Below are positions 54,510 to 63,706 of a stretch of 64,000 nucleotides of DNA, in pieces. Both the position numbers and the translations under genes were made by a program. The first letter of the stretch is position 1. Each line of letters begins with the position of its first letter. This stretch comes from a candidate division WOR-3 bacterium (GTDB lineage: Bacteria > Hydrothermota > 32-111): positions 1,120,001 through 1,184,000 of the forward strand of contig JBDRZU010000001.1 in NCBI GenBank assembly GCA_039804105.1, given 5' to 3'. A model generated the notes under the pieces. That model worked only from the letters and a program-made list of their open reading frames with translations, did no database searches and was not told where the DNA came from.

Positions 54510-54896
54510 ATGAAAACACAACTCAGAGAACTTTACAGATGTGATGTGTGCGGTAATGTTGTTGAAATTGTCAATACAGGTATGGTAATGCTTGTGTGTT
54601 GCAACAAACCGATGACAAAACTTGAACCAAAAAAAGAGGATACTGGTGTTGAGAAACATCTCCCAGTTATTGAAGATCTTGGAGGAAAAATAAAAGTTAA
54701 AGTTGGTTCAGTTGAACATCCGATGGAAGAGAAACATTATATTGTCTTTGTTGAAGTTTTAACTGACAAAAAAGTTTTAAGACATGAGTTCAAACCAGGT
54801 GAAAAACCAGAAGCAATTTTTGATGTTTCATTATCAGAGGTAAAACATGTTAGAGAGTTCTGTAATATACATATGCTCTGGGCAAAGGAGGTATAA
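54510..54896 (+). CDS. dfx: Desulfoferrodoxin (2Fe superoxide reductase)
   Basis: YRCDVCGN...CC, EKHLP, HPMEEKHYI, CNIH.LW. Confidence 0.93.
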   Translation: MKTQLRELYRCDVCGNVVEIVNTGMVMLVCCNKPMTKLEPKKEDTGVEKHLPVIEDLGGKIKVKVGSVEHPMEEKHYIVFVEVLTDKKVLRHEFKPGEKPEAIFDVSLSEVKHVREFCNIHMLWAKEV

Positions 54897-54898
54897 GT

Positions 54899-55441
54899 AT
54901 GACAAAAAAGAGTTTAAAAGGAACAAAAACTGAAAAAAACCTGTGGGAAGCATTTGCTGGTGAATCAATGGCAAGAAACAAATACACATACTTTGCATCT
55001 GTTGCAAAAAAAGAGGGATATGAACAGATAGCAGCGATATTTCAAGAAACAGCAGATAATGAAAAAGAACATGCAAAACTCCATTTTAAAGCACTTTCAG
55101 GTATAGGAAATACAATAGAAAACCTAAAAGCAGCAGCAGAAGGTGAAAATTATGAGACAACAACAATGTATCCTGAAATGGCAAAAATCGCAAGAGAAGA
55201 GGGATTTGACGAGATAGCAGATATGTTTGAAAAGATTGGTTCAGTAGAAAAAGATCATGAAAAAAGATATAGAAAACTCCTTGAAAATATTGAAAAACAG
55301 GTTGTGTTCAAAAGAGCAAAAAAGGTCTACTGGAAATGCAGAAACTGTGGACATATCCACGAAGCATCAGAAGCACCTGATATCTGCCCCGTCTGCAAAC
55401 ATCCAAAAGCATATTTCGAACTTTTTGTTGAGAATTATTAA
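54899..55441 (+). CDS. rbr: Rubrerythrin
   Basis: AFAGESMARNKY, E..HA, GE.YE...MY, E..H, WKCRNCG...CPVC.HP. Confidence 0.95.
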   Translation: MTKKSLKGTKTEKNLWEAFAGESMARNKYTYFASVAKKEGYEQIAAIFQETADNEKEHAKLHFKALSGIGNTIENLKAAAEGENYETTTMYPEMAKIAREEGFDEIADMFEKIGSVEKDHEKRYRKLLENIEKQVVFKRAKKVYWKCRNCGHIHEASEAPDICPVCKHPKAYFELFVENY

Positions 55442-55488
55442 AATTTATAAAATTACAAATTAAACTTAGTTTGATTTTCACATATTAC

Positions 55489-55514
55489 ACCCTGCCGTTA
55501 ACTGGCAGGGTTTT
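55489..55514 (+). terminator. Intrinsic terminator after rbr
   Basis: ACCCTGCC-GTTAACT-GGCAGGGT hairpin followed by TTT. Confidence 0.75.
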
Positions 55515-55526
55515 ATATATTTACGG

Positions 55527-55559
55527 AAAAAATGTCAAAAAGTCAAGCACCGTCCCCGA
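55527..55559 (-). repeat. Copy 2 of the repeat, left boundary of the R-M island
   Basis: AAAAAATGTCAAAAAGTCAAGCACCGTCCCCGA, the exact reverse complement of 63542-63574. Confidence 0.92.
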
Positions 55560-55565
55560 GTATTC

Positions 55566-58500
55566 TTATTTTCCATGTGTCAAATCTTCAGCAATTAGTT
55601 CTGCTTGTTTTAGTACCGTTTCTGTAGCTAACATTTGCATATCCGGCGGGTAACCATACTGACGCAATATTCGTTTAACAATGACCTTTAATTTTGCTTT
55701 TACACTTTCCTTTATTGTCCAATCAATCGATGCGTTTTCGCGTACTTTATTGTATAGAACTACAGCTAATTCTCTCAGTTTTTCTTTTCCCATTAACTCA
55801 CGGGCACTTTCATTGTTTGCAACTGCGGTATAAAAAGCATATTCATAATCGGAAAGCCCCAACTCTTCTGGTTCTTTATCCATTGCTTTAATTTCTTTGC
55901 TGAGTTTGATTAACTCCTCAATAACTTCTGCAGCTGTTAATATTTTGTTATGGTATTTTTTTATTGAACTTTCAAGCATCTCCATCAAGGTTTTTCCCTG
56001 TACAAGATTTTTCTTTAACCTTGCTTTTATTTCATCGCTAAGAAGTTTTTTTAGAACCTCCATTGCAAGGTTTTTGTGTTGCATGTTTTTAACTTCCAGA
56101 AGAAAATCTTCCGAAAGAATTGAAATCTCTGGCTTTTTAATGCCAGCTGCATCAAATACATCAATTACCTTATCCGTTACCAGAGATTTATCGATTACCT
56201 GTTTGATCGCAGTTTCGATTTCCTCATCGGTTTTGCCAGAGCCGGTCTTGTCGAATTTGGCAAGCCGTGCCTTAACCGCCTGAAAGAAGGCAATTTCATC
56301 TTTAACCGCCATAGCTTGCTCATGCGGAATGGCAATGGAGAATGCTTTTGACAGGGCTGTTACCTCGTCGATGTAACGTTTTTTACCATCTTCGAGCCCG
56401 AGAATATGTTCTTCGGCTTCAAGAATAATTGAGAGTTTCCTGCTTGTGTCTGCTTTAAAATACTCTTCATAAGCAAAACCGTGAAACATTTGTCTTACCA
56501 CTTCCAGTTTTTCTTGCATCAGCGCTACGGCTTGTTCCTGAGCCACAGCGGGATCTCCCTTGCCGCCAGAACTTGAGTAGAACGAAAGAGCTTTTTTAAG
56601 GTCCGCTGCAATACCCAAGTAATCGACAATTAGCCCACCGGTTTTATCTTTATACACCCGGTTGACTCGTGCGATAGCCTGCATGAGATTATGTCCCTGC
56701 ATAGGCTTGTCAATGTACATAGTATGCAGACAAGGAACATCAAATCCAGTAAGCCACATATCGCAAACAATGACCAATTTTAGTTCATCGTCAGGGTTTT
56801 TCATGCGGTCAGCAAGGATACGTCTCTCTTCTTTGGTGGTATGATGTTTGGCAATTTCAGGTCCATCGGATGAGGCCGAAGTCATCACTACCTTGATAAC
56901 GCCTTTTTTCAGATCGTTGCTATGCCACTTAGGACGTATTTTGATGATTTCATCGTAAAGGGCAGCAGCAATCCATCGTGACATTGTTACAATCATGCCT
57001 TTACCTTCAAAAACTTCTTGCCGCTGTTCAAAATGAGCTACAATATCCTGAGCCAGATGTTTTAATCGGTCGGCACTACCAACAAGTGCTTCGAGTTGTG
57101 TCCATTTGGCTTTTGCTTTTTGGGTTTCCGAAAGATCTTCCTGTTTTAATTCTTCATCGAGTTCTCTTACCAGTTTTTTCCCTTCTTCGCTTAAGCTGAT
57201 TTTTGCCAGACGGCTTTCGTAATAAATCCTCACTGTTGCACCATCTTCCACTGCCTGGGCAATATCGTAGATGTCTATGTAATTTCCGAAAACAGCCGGG
57301 GTATTTTTGTCATCTTTCTCAATTGGAGTCCCGGTAAAACCCAGATATGTAGCATTGGGTAGAGCATCGCGCATATATTTGGCAAAACCATAGACTGTTT
57401 TTTTGCCAACAACATTACCGTTTTCATCTTTTGCATCTACGATCTTTGCCTTGAATCCATATTGGGTACGGTGAGCCTCATCAGCGATAACCACAATATT
57501 TTTTCTTTCAGAAAGGGTTTCATAGACATTGCCCTCGTCGGGCATGAACTTATGTATAGTGGTAAAAACAATACCGCCAGAAGCTACTTTAAGCAACTCT
57601 TTAAGATGCTCGCGGCTTTCAGCTTGCACAGGTTCCTGTCGCAAAAGCTGGCGACATGCAGCAAAGGTATCGAAAAGCTGGTCGTCGAGGTCGTTTCGGT
57701 CGGTGATAACCACGATGGTGGGGTTGTCCATAACAAGCACAATCTTACCTGTAAAGAACACCATAGAGAGCGATTTGCCCGACCCTTGCGTATGCCATAC
57801 CACACCACCTTTTCGGTCGCCAATAGGTTGTGTAGCTGTTGCCGGTAAGCCATAACTCTCGGGCGATTCCATAACCATATTATCTCCGCCATGATTAGCT
57901 ACCAGAGATTTTCGGGGCAATGTGATTATAGAAGAGCTCGGGCGAATATACCCAGCCGCCCGTAGCGTTGATTCAACGGCACGATTCACCGCGTAGTACT
58001 GGTGATATGCTGCCATTTTCTTGACAGTTTCGTATGTAATCTGGCCGGTTTGTTTATCTTCTTTTTTCGATTTTTCGAATACGATGAAATGGCGTATCAT
58101 GTCAAGCAGCGTATATTTTTGAAGCATTCCTTTAATGAGCGTTTCGAGTTGGCATATAAGCGCTGATGCCTCAACCTTGCCATCAGCGGTTTTCCAGGCA
58201 GAAAAACGGCTGATATTTGCCGATATGGTACCGGCTTTTGCCTCAAGACCATCGGATATTACCACAAAACCATTGTAGGTGAACAGTCGTGGTATAGTTT
58301 CCTTGTAGGTCTGTATCTGCCTGAATGCTGAATGGATGGTGGCGTTTTCGTCAGCAGGATTTTTAAGCTCTAAGACAACCAGAGGAAGACCATTTACAAA
58401 TAAAACAAGGTCAGGACGTTTGTTTATATTGTTTTCAATAACGGTAAACTGATTTACTACCAGAAATTCGTTGTTCTCAATATTGTTGAAATCCACCAGC

Positions 58501-58841
58501 CATACCAGATCGCCACGGCTGTGGCCATTTTTTTTATAGTTTACCGTGATTCCTTCAGTAAGCATGCGATGGAAGTTTTCGTTGTTGACAATTAGCTCTG
58601 GAGAATTGAGGCGGAGAATCTGTTTGATGGCATCCTCGCGAGCATCGGCTGGTATACTGGGATTTATACGATCTACAGCCTGTTGCAAACGATCTATCAA
58701 AATCACATCTTCAAATGATTGGCGTTCTGGTTTAATGCCATCGGGGGCAATGTCAGGGCCATAGACATATTTGAAACCCTGTTTTTGCAGTAGTTCTATG
58801 GCTAATTTTTCGATATCCGATTCTGTAATGTTAATAGGCAT
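55566..58841 (-). CDS. hsdR: Type I restriction endonuclease subunit R
   Basis: RPDLVLFVNGLPL...ELK nuclease motif, WHTQGSGKS, DEAHRTQY, FTGTP, MWLTGFD, QAIARVNR, YGYPP. Confidence 0.96.
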   Translation of the reverse strand: MPINITESDIEKLAIELLQKQGFKYVYGPDIAPDGIKPERQSFEDVILIDRLQQAVDRINPSIPADAREDAIKQILRLNSPELIVNNENFHRMLTEGITVNYKKNGHSRGDLVWLVDFNNIENNEFLVVNQFTVIENNINKRPDLVLFVNGLPLVVLELKNPADENATIHSAFRQIQTYKETIPRLFTYNGFVVISDGLEAKAGTISANISRFSAWKTADGKVEASALICQLETLIKGMLQKYTLLDMIRHFIVFEKSKKEDKQTGQITYETVKKMAAYHQYYAVNRAVESTLRAAGYIRPSSSIITLPRKSLVANHGGDNMVMESPESYGLPATATQPIGDRKGGVVWHTQGSGKSLSMVFFTGKIVLVMDNPTIVVITDRNDLDDQLFDTFAACRQLLRQEPVQAESREHLKELLKVASGGIVFTTIHKFMPDEGNVYETLSERKNIVVIADEAHRTQYGFKAKIVDAKDENGNVVGKKTVYGFAKYMRDALPNATYLGFTGTPIEKDDKNTPAVFGNYIDIYDIAQAVEDGATVRIYYESRLAKISLSEEGKKLVRELDEELKQEDLSETQKAKAKWTQLEALVGSADRLKHLAQDIVAHFEQRQEVFEGKGMIVTMSRWIAAALYDEIIKIRPKWHSNDLKKGVIKVVMTSASSDGPEIAKHHTTKEERRILADRMKNPDDELKLVIVCDMWLTGFDVPCLHTMYIDKPMQGHNLMQAIARVNRVYKDKTGGLIVDYLGIAADLKKALSFYSSSGGKGDPAVAQEQAVALMQEKLEVVRQMFHGFAYEEYFKADTSRKLSIILEAEEHILGLEDGKKRYIDEVTALSKAFSIAIPHEQAMAVKDEIAFFQAVKARLAKFDKTGSGKTDEEIETAIKQVIDKSLVTDKVIDVFDAAGIKKPEISILSEDFLLEVKNMQHKNLAMEVLKKLLSDEIKARLKKNLVQGKTLMEMLESSIKKYHNKILTAAEVIEELIKLSKEIKAMDKEPEELGLSDYEYAFYTAVANNESARELMGKEKLRELAVVLYNKVRENASIDWTIKESVKAKLKVIVKRILRQYGYPPDMQMLATETVLKQAELIAEDLTHGK

Positions 58842-59403
58842 AATAATCGTCTTTTCTCCAGTTTTGGGGATTATTTTTTATGTATTCTGAAATTTGGATG
58901 TATGATTCATCATTACGGATGATGTGTTCATAATAATTGCGTTGCCATGCAAACGCAGGGTTTATGAAACGGGCACGTTTGGTAACGGCCGATTTAAAAC
59001 CACGAACAATGGATGCCAAATTTTTCGATTGCGGACCGAATTTGTTTTGATTTGTAGAGACGCAATGCATTGCGTCTCTACGATAACGGTCGTCATCACG
59101 GTTATCGATACGTTGCGTATTATATTGATTTTCGCCAATAATAATGGCGTGAAAATGATTGGGCATAATTACAAATTCGCCCATCGTTAAATTCATATCA
59201 CGACGCATTTCAAATGTTTTCAACCATTCCTGTCGGACAATTTCCCCAATTTCCGACAATACCATTTGTCCATCCAATATTTCGCCAAAAAAATTTTGCC
59301 GGTCGTGGGTACAAATGGTAACAAAATATGCCCCATTCCAGCCATAATCCCAATGTGGCAATCGCGTCGATGGTATGCGGTATGTATTTTTGTATTTATT
59401 CAT
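58831..59403 (-). CDS. REP-associated tyrosine transposase (RAYT; HUH/Y1 family)
   Basis: S.RL..WDY...GAYFVTICT.DR, VIMPNHFH (HUH), L.SIVRGFKS, WQRNYYEHIIR, YI.NNP; ATG at 59403 overlaps the hsdS stop. Confidence 0.9.
   Translation of the reverse strand: MNKYKNTYRIPSTRLPHWDYGWNGAYFVTICTHDRQNFFGEILDGQMVLSEIGEIVRQEWLKTFEMRRDMNLTMGEFVIMPNHFHAIIIGENQYNTQRIDNRDDDRYRRDAMHCVSTNQNKFGPQSKNLASIVRGFKSAVTKRARFINPAFAWQRNYYEHIIRNDESYIQISEYIKNNPQNWRKDDYYAY
59054..59081. repeat. Perfect 28-bp GTAG-type REP-like palindrome inside the RAYT gene
   Basis: GTAGAGACGCAATG|CATTGCGTCTCTAC. Confidence 0.88.
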
Positions 59404-60535
59404 ATTGTATCCGTATTTCACCTGAAATCAATTTTGGCAACAAAAGATCGCGGAGTTTTTCCAGCGTGTGGATTTGATATCTATTTAATTCAATTTTTGA
59501 AAATAGTGATTCTGCTATTTGTTCAAACTTATTCAATAAATCCAAGGGTGGTACAAGAATTTTATAATCATAAAAAACTCCTTTTTGGAAAAATTCTCTA
59601 GCGCTTCCAGATGCACTATGTAATAATTCACTAATTATTTGACGCAATGCATAATTCAAATAATGTTGAGAAAAATCTTCTTTTGCTCGAAACCGCCACA
59701 TATTTTGATTTTGTAATGCAGGTAAAATATCTTGAGTGACAATCGCAAAATTCCCTAAGCTTGCCCCTACCATTACTAATAGGAAGTCATTACGTTTTAA
59801 ATAAAATTGACTATATTCAGTTGCTAATTCTTCGGAGATATACACTAAATCATTTAATTCAATCCAATGATTTGAAAAGTTTAAGGTTCTGATAATTTTT
59901 TGTCCATATTCTTTATAACTAGAACTTTGAAAAGCATATCCATTAAAAATTACACAAATATCCTTTAGTGGTTTTTCCTCCCACCCCTTTGGCAAACCGT
60001 TTTTGCAGGGTTCGATGAACCATTGGCGGAAGAGAGTTTCTGCCATGGCTTCGAGGGTTTTGTTTTGGCGGTGGAGCAGGTCTATTTTATCGTCAAGGCT
60101 GGAGAGAACCGAGGCTATGGCTCGCTGCTCAGGGAGAGGGGGGAGGAGGAGGTCTTGATTATATGCAGCGTTACGATTTAATCCAGGTACAGCACTATCA
60201 CTATTTAAATCCTCAAGACCTAATGTTTGCAAACAATAATATAAATAATCAAAGTCGTATTCTTCATCATTTGGAAGAATATAATATGCTGTATCAATAC
60301 AAAAAAAAGGTTTTTCACTTTTATAGATTTTTCCTATCGTACCTTTTCTACCCACAATAATACCTTTAGAATTTACTAAAGGTTCGTTATGCCATCCGCT
60401 CAAGCCTGATGAACTGTAAACAGGAACATCACCATTAACGCGAACTTCTTCTTTAAGTCCTTTACCATAGTTTAGTACAACAACATCCCCCAGTTTACAT
60501 TCCCTCCACCCCTTCGAATTATTACCTTCATTCAT
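59396..60535 (-). CDS. hsdS: Type I R-M specificity subunit S
   Basis: W....LGD; GRKGT; central LPPLPEQRAIASVLSSLDDKI...N.TLE...LF..WF; LPKGW; LRDLLLPKL.SGEI. Confidence 0.95.
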   Translation of the reverse strand: MNEGNNSKGWRECKLGDVVVLNYGKGLKEEVRVNGDVPVYSSSGLSGWHNEPLVNSKGIIVGRKGTIGKIYKSEKPFFCIDTAYYILPNDEEYDFDYLYYCLQTLGLEDLNSDSAVPGLNRNAAYNQDLLLPPLPEQRAIASVLSSLDDKIDLLHRQNKTLEAMAETLFRQWFIEPCKNGLPKGWEEKPLKDICVIFNGYAFQSSSYKEYGQKIIRTLNFSNHWIELNDLVYISEELATEYSQFYLKRNDFLLVMVGASLGNFAIVTQDILPALQNQNMWRFRAKEDFSQHYLNYALRQIISELLHSASGSAREFFQKGVFYDYKILVPPLDLLNKFEQIAESLFSKIELNRYQIHTLEKLRDLLLPKLISGEIRIQYE

Positions 60536-60545
60536 AATAAATTCC

Positions 60546-61694
60546 TTAATCATTAAACAATTTCATATATTCATGAAAAACAAAAACTCTATTGCGTTTG
60601 TAACCTGTAATTTCGTGCAATATGTTTTGTTTAGTAAAAATTCGAATCAATTCGTTGGCTGCTTTAGGCGAAAGGCCTGTTACGGATTGGGTTTCGGCTA
60701 CCGTGATGACCGGTTTCCTGAACAGTTGATGAAAAAGATCGAGTGCCTGTTTTGATCGCCTGCCCATTGGCAGGATATGTTCTTTTTCAATTCGGGATTT
60801 AAGTTTTATAATATTTTGCAATGTATTGACCGAATTTTCTGCAGTGTTTGCAATTCCCACAAGAAAATACTTAATCCATTGTAGTAAATCGTTTTTAGTC
60901 CTCACAAAAGTCAGGTTATCATAGTAAAGCGATTTGTTTTTTTCGAAATATTCCGAAAGGTATAACAAAGGTTTGTCCAGAACTCCGTTGGCTACAAGAT
61001 ACAGGGTAATCAAGAGCCGTCCTATCCTTCCATTACCATCCAAAAAAGGGTGAATGGTTTCAAATTGATAATGGGCAATGGCTATTTTTATCAGGTGTGG
61101 AATCTTAATATCAGAATTATTCAGAAAAAATTCAAAGTCTGAAAGCAACTCAGGAAGCTCCGTATGAGCCGGAGGAATAAAAACGGCATCGGCAAGGGTA
61201 GCTCCGCCAATCCAGTTTTGCGTTGTGCGAAATTCACCGGGATTTTTGTGTTCACCTCGCACACTAGAAAGTAAAATACGATGGGTGTTTTTAATAAGCC
61301 TATTCGATAAAGGAAGCTTTTTCAGCTCTTCGATAGCATAATTGAGGGCTTTAACATAGTTGTTAACCTCTTGCCAGTCATCTCGCTTTTCCGGATCAAT
61401 ATCTCTTTCATCAATAAGTGCTTCCTCAATATTTGTTCGTGTTCCCTCTATTCGGCTTGATACGACGGCTTCTTTAAGTACATGCATAATAATGAACATG
61501 TCAACGTCGGGTATCAATCTGGAAAAGGAGTTTAATTCTCCCAGACGCAAACTGGCACGTTCCAAGAGTTCATTGATAGATGAATCGGTCCAATAGAACG
61601 GATGATTTATCTTTTCGGGTAAAAAATACTCGTACTGCAGCCCCTTTTTATAGCTTCCTGATATAAAATTTTTTATGTCCATATATCGTTCCAA
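60546..61694 (-). CDS. Fic family protein (class II type, N-terminal inhibitory motif, C-terminal HTH)
   Basis: HPFLDGNGRIGR catalytic motif, SSRIEG inhibitory motif, PGEFR..QNWIGG. Confidence 0.93.
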   Translation of the reverse strand: MERYMDIKNFISGSYKKGLQYEYFLPEKINHPFYWTDSSINELLERASLRLGELNSFSRLIPDVDMFIIMHVLKEAVVSSRIEGTRTNIEEALIDERDIDPEKRDDWQEVNNYVKALNYAIEELKKLPLSNRLIKNTHRILLSSVRGEHKNPGEFRTTQNWIGGATLADAVFIPPAHTELPELLSDFEFFLNNSDIKIPHLIKIAIAHYQFETIHPFLDGNGRIGRLLITLYLVANGVLDKPLLYLSEYFEKNKSLYYDNLTFVRTKNDLLQWIKYFLVGIANTAENSVNTLQNIIKLKSRIEKEHILPMGRRSKQALDLFHQLFRKPVITVAETQSVTGLSPKAANELIRIFTKQNILHEITGYKRNRVFVFHEYMKLFND

Positions 61695-61763
61695 AGTAAA
61701 TTATAAAAATACATATTTTACTTTATTGTATGAAAGTAAAATATAGAAATTTTAATTTTAGTT

Positions 61764-63308
61764 TCATATTAATTTCACCTTTTTTAAATTCTCCAGTATC
61801 GCCTTATTCAGTCGCTCTTCTTCTTTTAACTGTTCTTCAAACTCTTTTTTAAGTTGTGTAAATCGCTCATTAAAATCGAAGTCGTCTTCTTCGTCGGGAA
61901 GACCTACGTATCGCCCGGGAGTAAGCACATAGTCGAGTTCCCGCACACGTTCAATGTTTGCCGAACAGCAAAAACCTTTGATGTCCTCGTATTTTCTGTT
62001 GGGATTTCGCCATTCGTGGTAGGTACGGGCTATTTTCTGAATATCCTCGGTGGTGAGTACACGGTTTCGCCGATTGATTAGTTGTCCCATATTGCGGGCA
62101 TCGATAAAAAGAATTTCATCAATGCGGTTGCGGTATTTTCCGTTTGCCTTGTTTCTGCTCAGAAACCACAGGCAAGCCGGGATCTGAGTATTCAAAAAGA
62201 GCTTAGCTGGTAGGTTTACAATACAATCCACAAGCCGTGCCTCGATAATTTCTTTTCGTATTTCACCTTCGCCGCCAGTTTTTGATGTAAGAGAACCCTT
62301 AGCCAGCACAAAACCAGCCATTCCGCCGGGGCTTAAATGGTATAAGAAGTGTTGTATCCAAGCGTAGTTGGCATTACTTGCCGGTGGAACACCATATTTC
62401 CAGCGGGCATCGTTGCGTAAAAGTTCGCCTCCCCAGTCGCTGTCGTTGAACGGCGGATTGGCTATCACAAAATCAGCTTTGAGGTCCTTGTGGGCATCGT
62501 TAAGAAACGAGCCTTCACTGTTCCACTTTACCTGCGAGCTGTCGATACCACGGATGGCAAGGTTCATTTTGCACAGTCGCCAGGTGGTTTGGTTGCTTTC
62601 CTGTCCGTAAATGGATATGTCGTTGATTTTTCCCTGATGGCTCTCTACAAACTTTTCGGATTGCACGAACATACCGCCAGAGCCGCAGCAGGGGTCGAAC
62701 ACCCGTCCTTTATATGGCTCAAGCATTTCAACCAGCAGTTCTACCACACATCTTGGGGTATAGAATTGTCCACCTTTTTTACCTTCTGCCAATGCAAACT
62801 CGCCCAGAAAATACTCGAACACATGACCTAAAATGTCGGCACTACGTGCTTTTGCCTCACCAAGCGCGATATTGGAAATAAGGTCAATGAGGCCTCCTAA
62901 ACTCGTTGGGTCAATGTTACCACGGGCATATACTTTTGGAAGCACATCTTTGAGCGATGGATTTTCCTTCTCGATGGCATCCATCGCTTCGTCAATCTCT
63001 TTACCAATGGTAGGCAGCTTTGCCCTCGATTGCAAGTACGACCAGCGGGCTTTTTCGGGTACATAGAACACATTTTCTGCCTTGTATTCATCTTTATCTT
63101 CAGGATCTGCTCCGGCATATTCGCCTTTGCCGCTCTTTAGTTTTGCGTGAAGTTCTTCAAATGCATCGGAGATGTATTTCAGGAAAATTAATCCCAGAAC
63201 AACATGCTTGTATTCCGCTGCGTCAATGTTTTTGCGAAGCTTATCTGCAGCTTTCCAGAGTTGTTTTTCTAATGGTTCGTTGGTGTTATTCTTTTTTTTC
63301 TTTACCAT
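61764..63308 (-). CDS. hsdM: Type I R-M N6-adenine methyltransferase subunit M
   Basis: [44 protein letters not shown]. Confidence 0.96.
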   Translation of the reverse strand: MVKKKKNNTNEPLEKQLWKAADKLRKNIDAAEYKHVVLGLIFLKYISDAFEELHAKLKSGKGEYAGADPEDKDEYKAENVFYVPEKARWSYLQSRAKLPTIGKEIDEAMDAIEKENPSLKDVLPKVYARGNIDPTSLGGLIDLISNIALGEAKARSADILGHVFEYFLGEFALAEGKKGGQFYTPRCVVELLVEMLEPYKGRVFDPCCGSGGMFVQSEKFVESHQGKINDISIYGQESNQTTWRLCKMNLAIRGIDSSQVKWNSEGSFLNDAHKDLKADFVIANPPFNDSDWGGELLRNDARWKYGVPPASNANYAWIQHFLYHLSPGGMAGFVLAKGSLTSKTGGEGEIRKEIIEARLVDCIVNLPAKLFLNTQIPACLWFLSRNKANGKYRNRIDEILFIDARNMGQLINRRNRVLTTEDIQKIARTYHEWRNPNRKYEDIKGFCCSANIERVRELDYVLTPGRYVGLPDEEDDFDFNERFTQLKKEFEEQLKEEERLNKAILENLKKVKLI

Positions 63309-63538
63309 ACTTTCTCCTTTTTAACTATTCATTTCTTTCATACCGCACGAAAAGACACTCTTGGAGCAAAAAATATTTTTCGCAAAATTTTCTTTTCACA
63401 ATACATTGACGCTCTGCATTTCGCACAATTTTCAATATCTGTAATTTCCTATAATTAACCTATTTTAATTATATAAATAACAAAAAAATTTTAAACAAAA
63501 AACTCATTATCTATCACTATTTTCAATGTTTTTCAACT

Positions 63539-63575
63539 CTTTCGGGGACGGTGCTTGACTTTTTGACATTTTTTT
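63539..63575 (+). repeat. Copy 3 of the repeat, right boundary of the R-M island
   Basis: CTTTCGGGGACGGTGCTTGACTTTTTGACATTTTTTT. Confidence 0.92.
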
Positions 63576-63706
63576 GTAAACCTTTATTCTTATTATAGTT
63601 ACATTATCTTCAAAAATCTTTTTTCTAATAGATTTTTTATTTGCCATACAATTATAAAATTTAAGATTTAAAATCATAGTTTAACATATAAAACAATCTA
63701 AAATTT

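Larger units (their letters stand above)
55527..63574. mobile_element. Inverted-repeat-bounded defence island (hsdM-fic-hsdS-RAYT-hsdR)
   Basis: Visibly higher GC and more CG-containing codons than the flanks; 33-bp perfect terminal inverted repeats; defence cargo. Confidence 0.7.

Noticed and set aside
55471..55653. 60-aa plus-strand ORF across the island boundary
   Set aside because: It spans the terminator and repeat and is antisense to hsdR, with no SD or recognisable motif.
59396..60553. Phase-variable or invertible hsdS shufflon
   Set aside because: Single hsdS, no silent TRD copies, no recombinase; the short G-run simply encodes the conserved LPPL.
63310..63440. Possible 36-aa ORF upstream of hsdM (LKIVRNAERQC...)
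   Set aside because: Weak TTG start and no recognisable motif; cannot be supported from the sequence alone.
63544..63581. Repeat read as a Tn3-family 38-bp IR (starts with GGGG)
   Set aside because: No TnpA or resolvase, no 5-bp TSD, no conserved TAAG inner end, and the GGGG ends face the island rather than outward.
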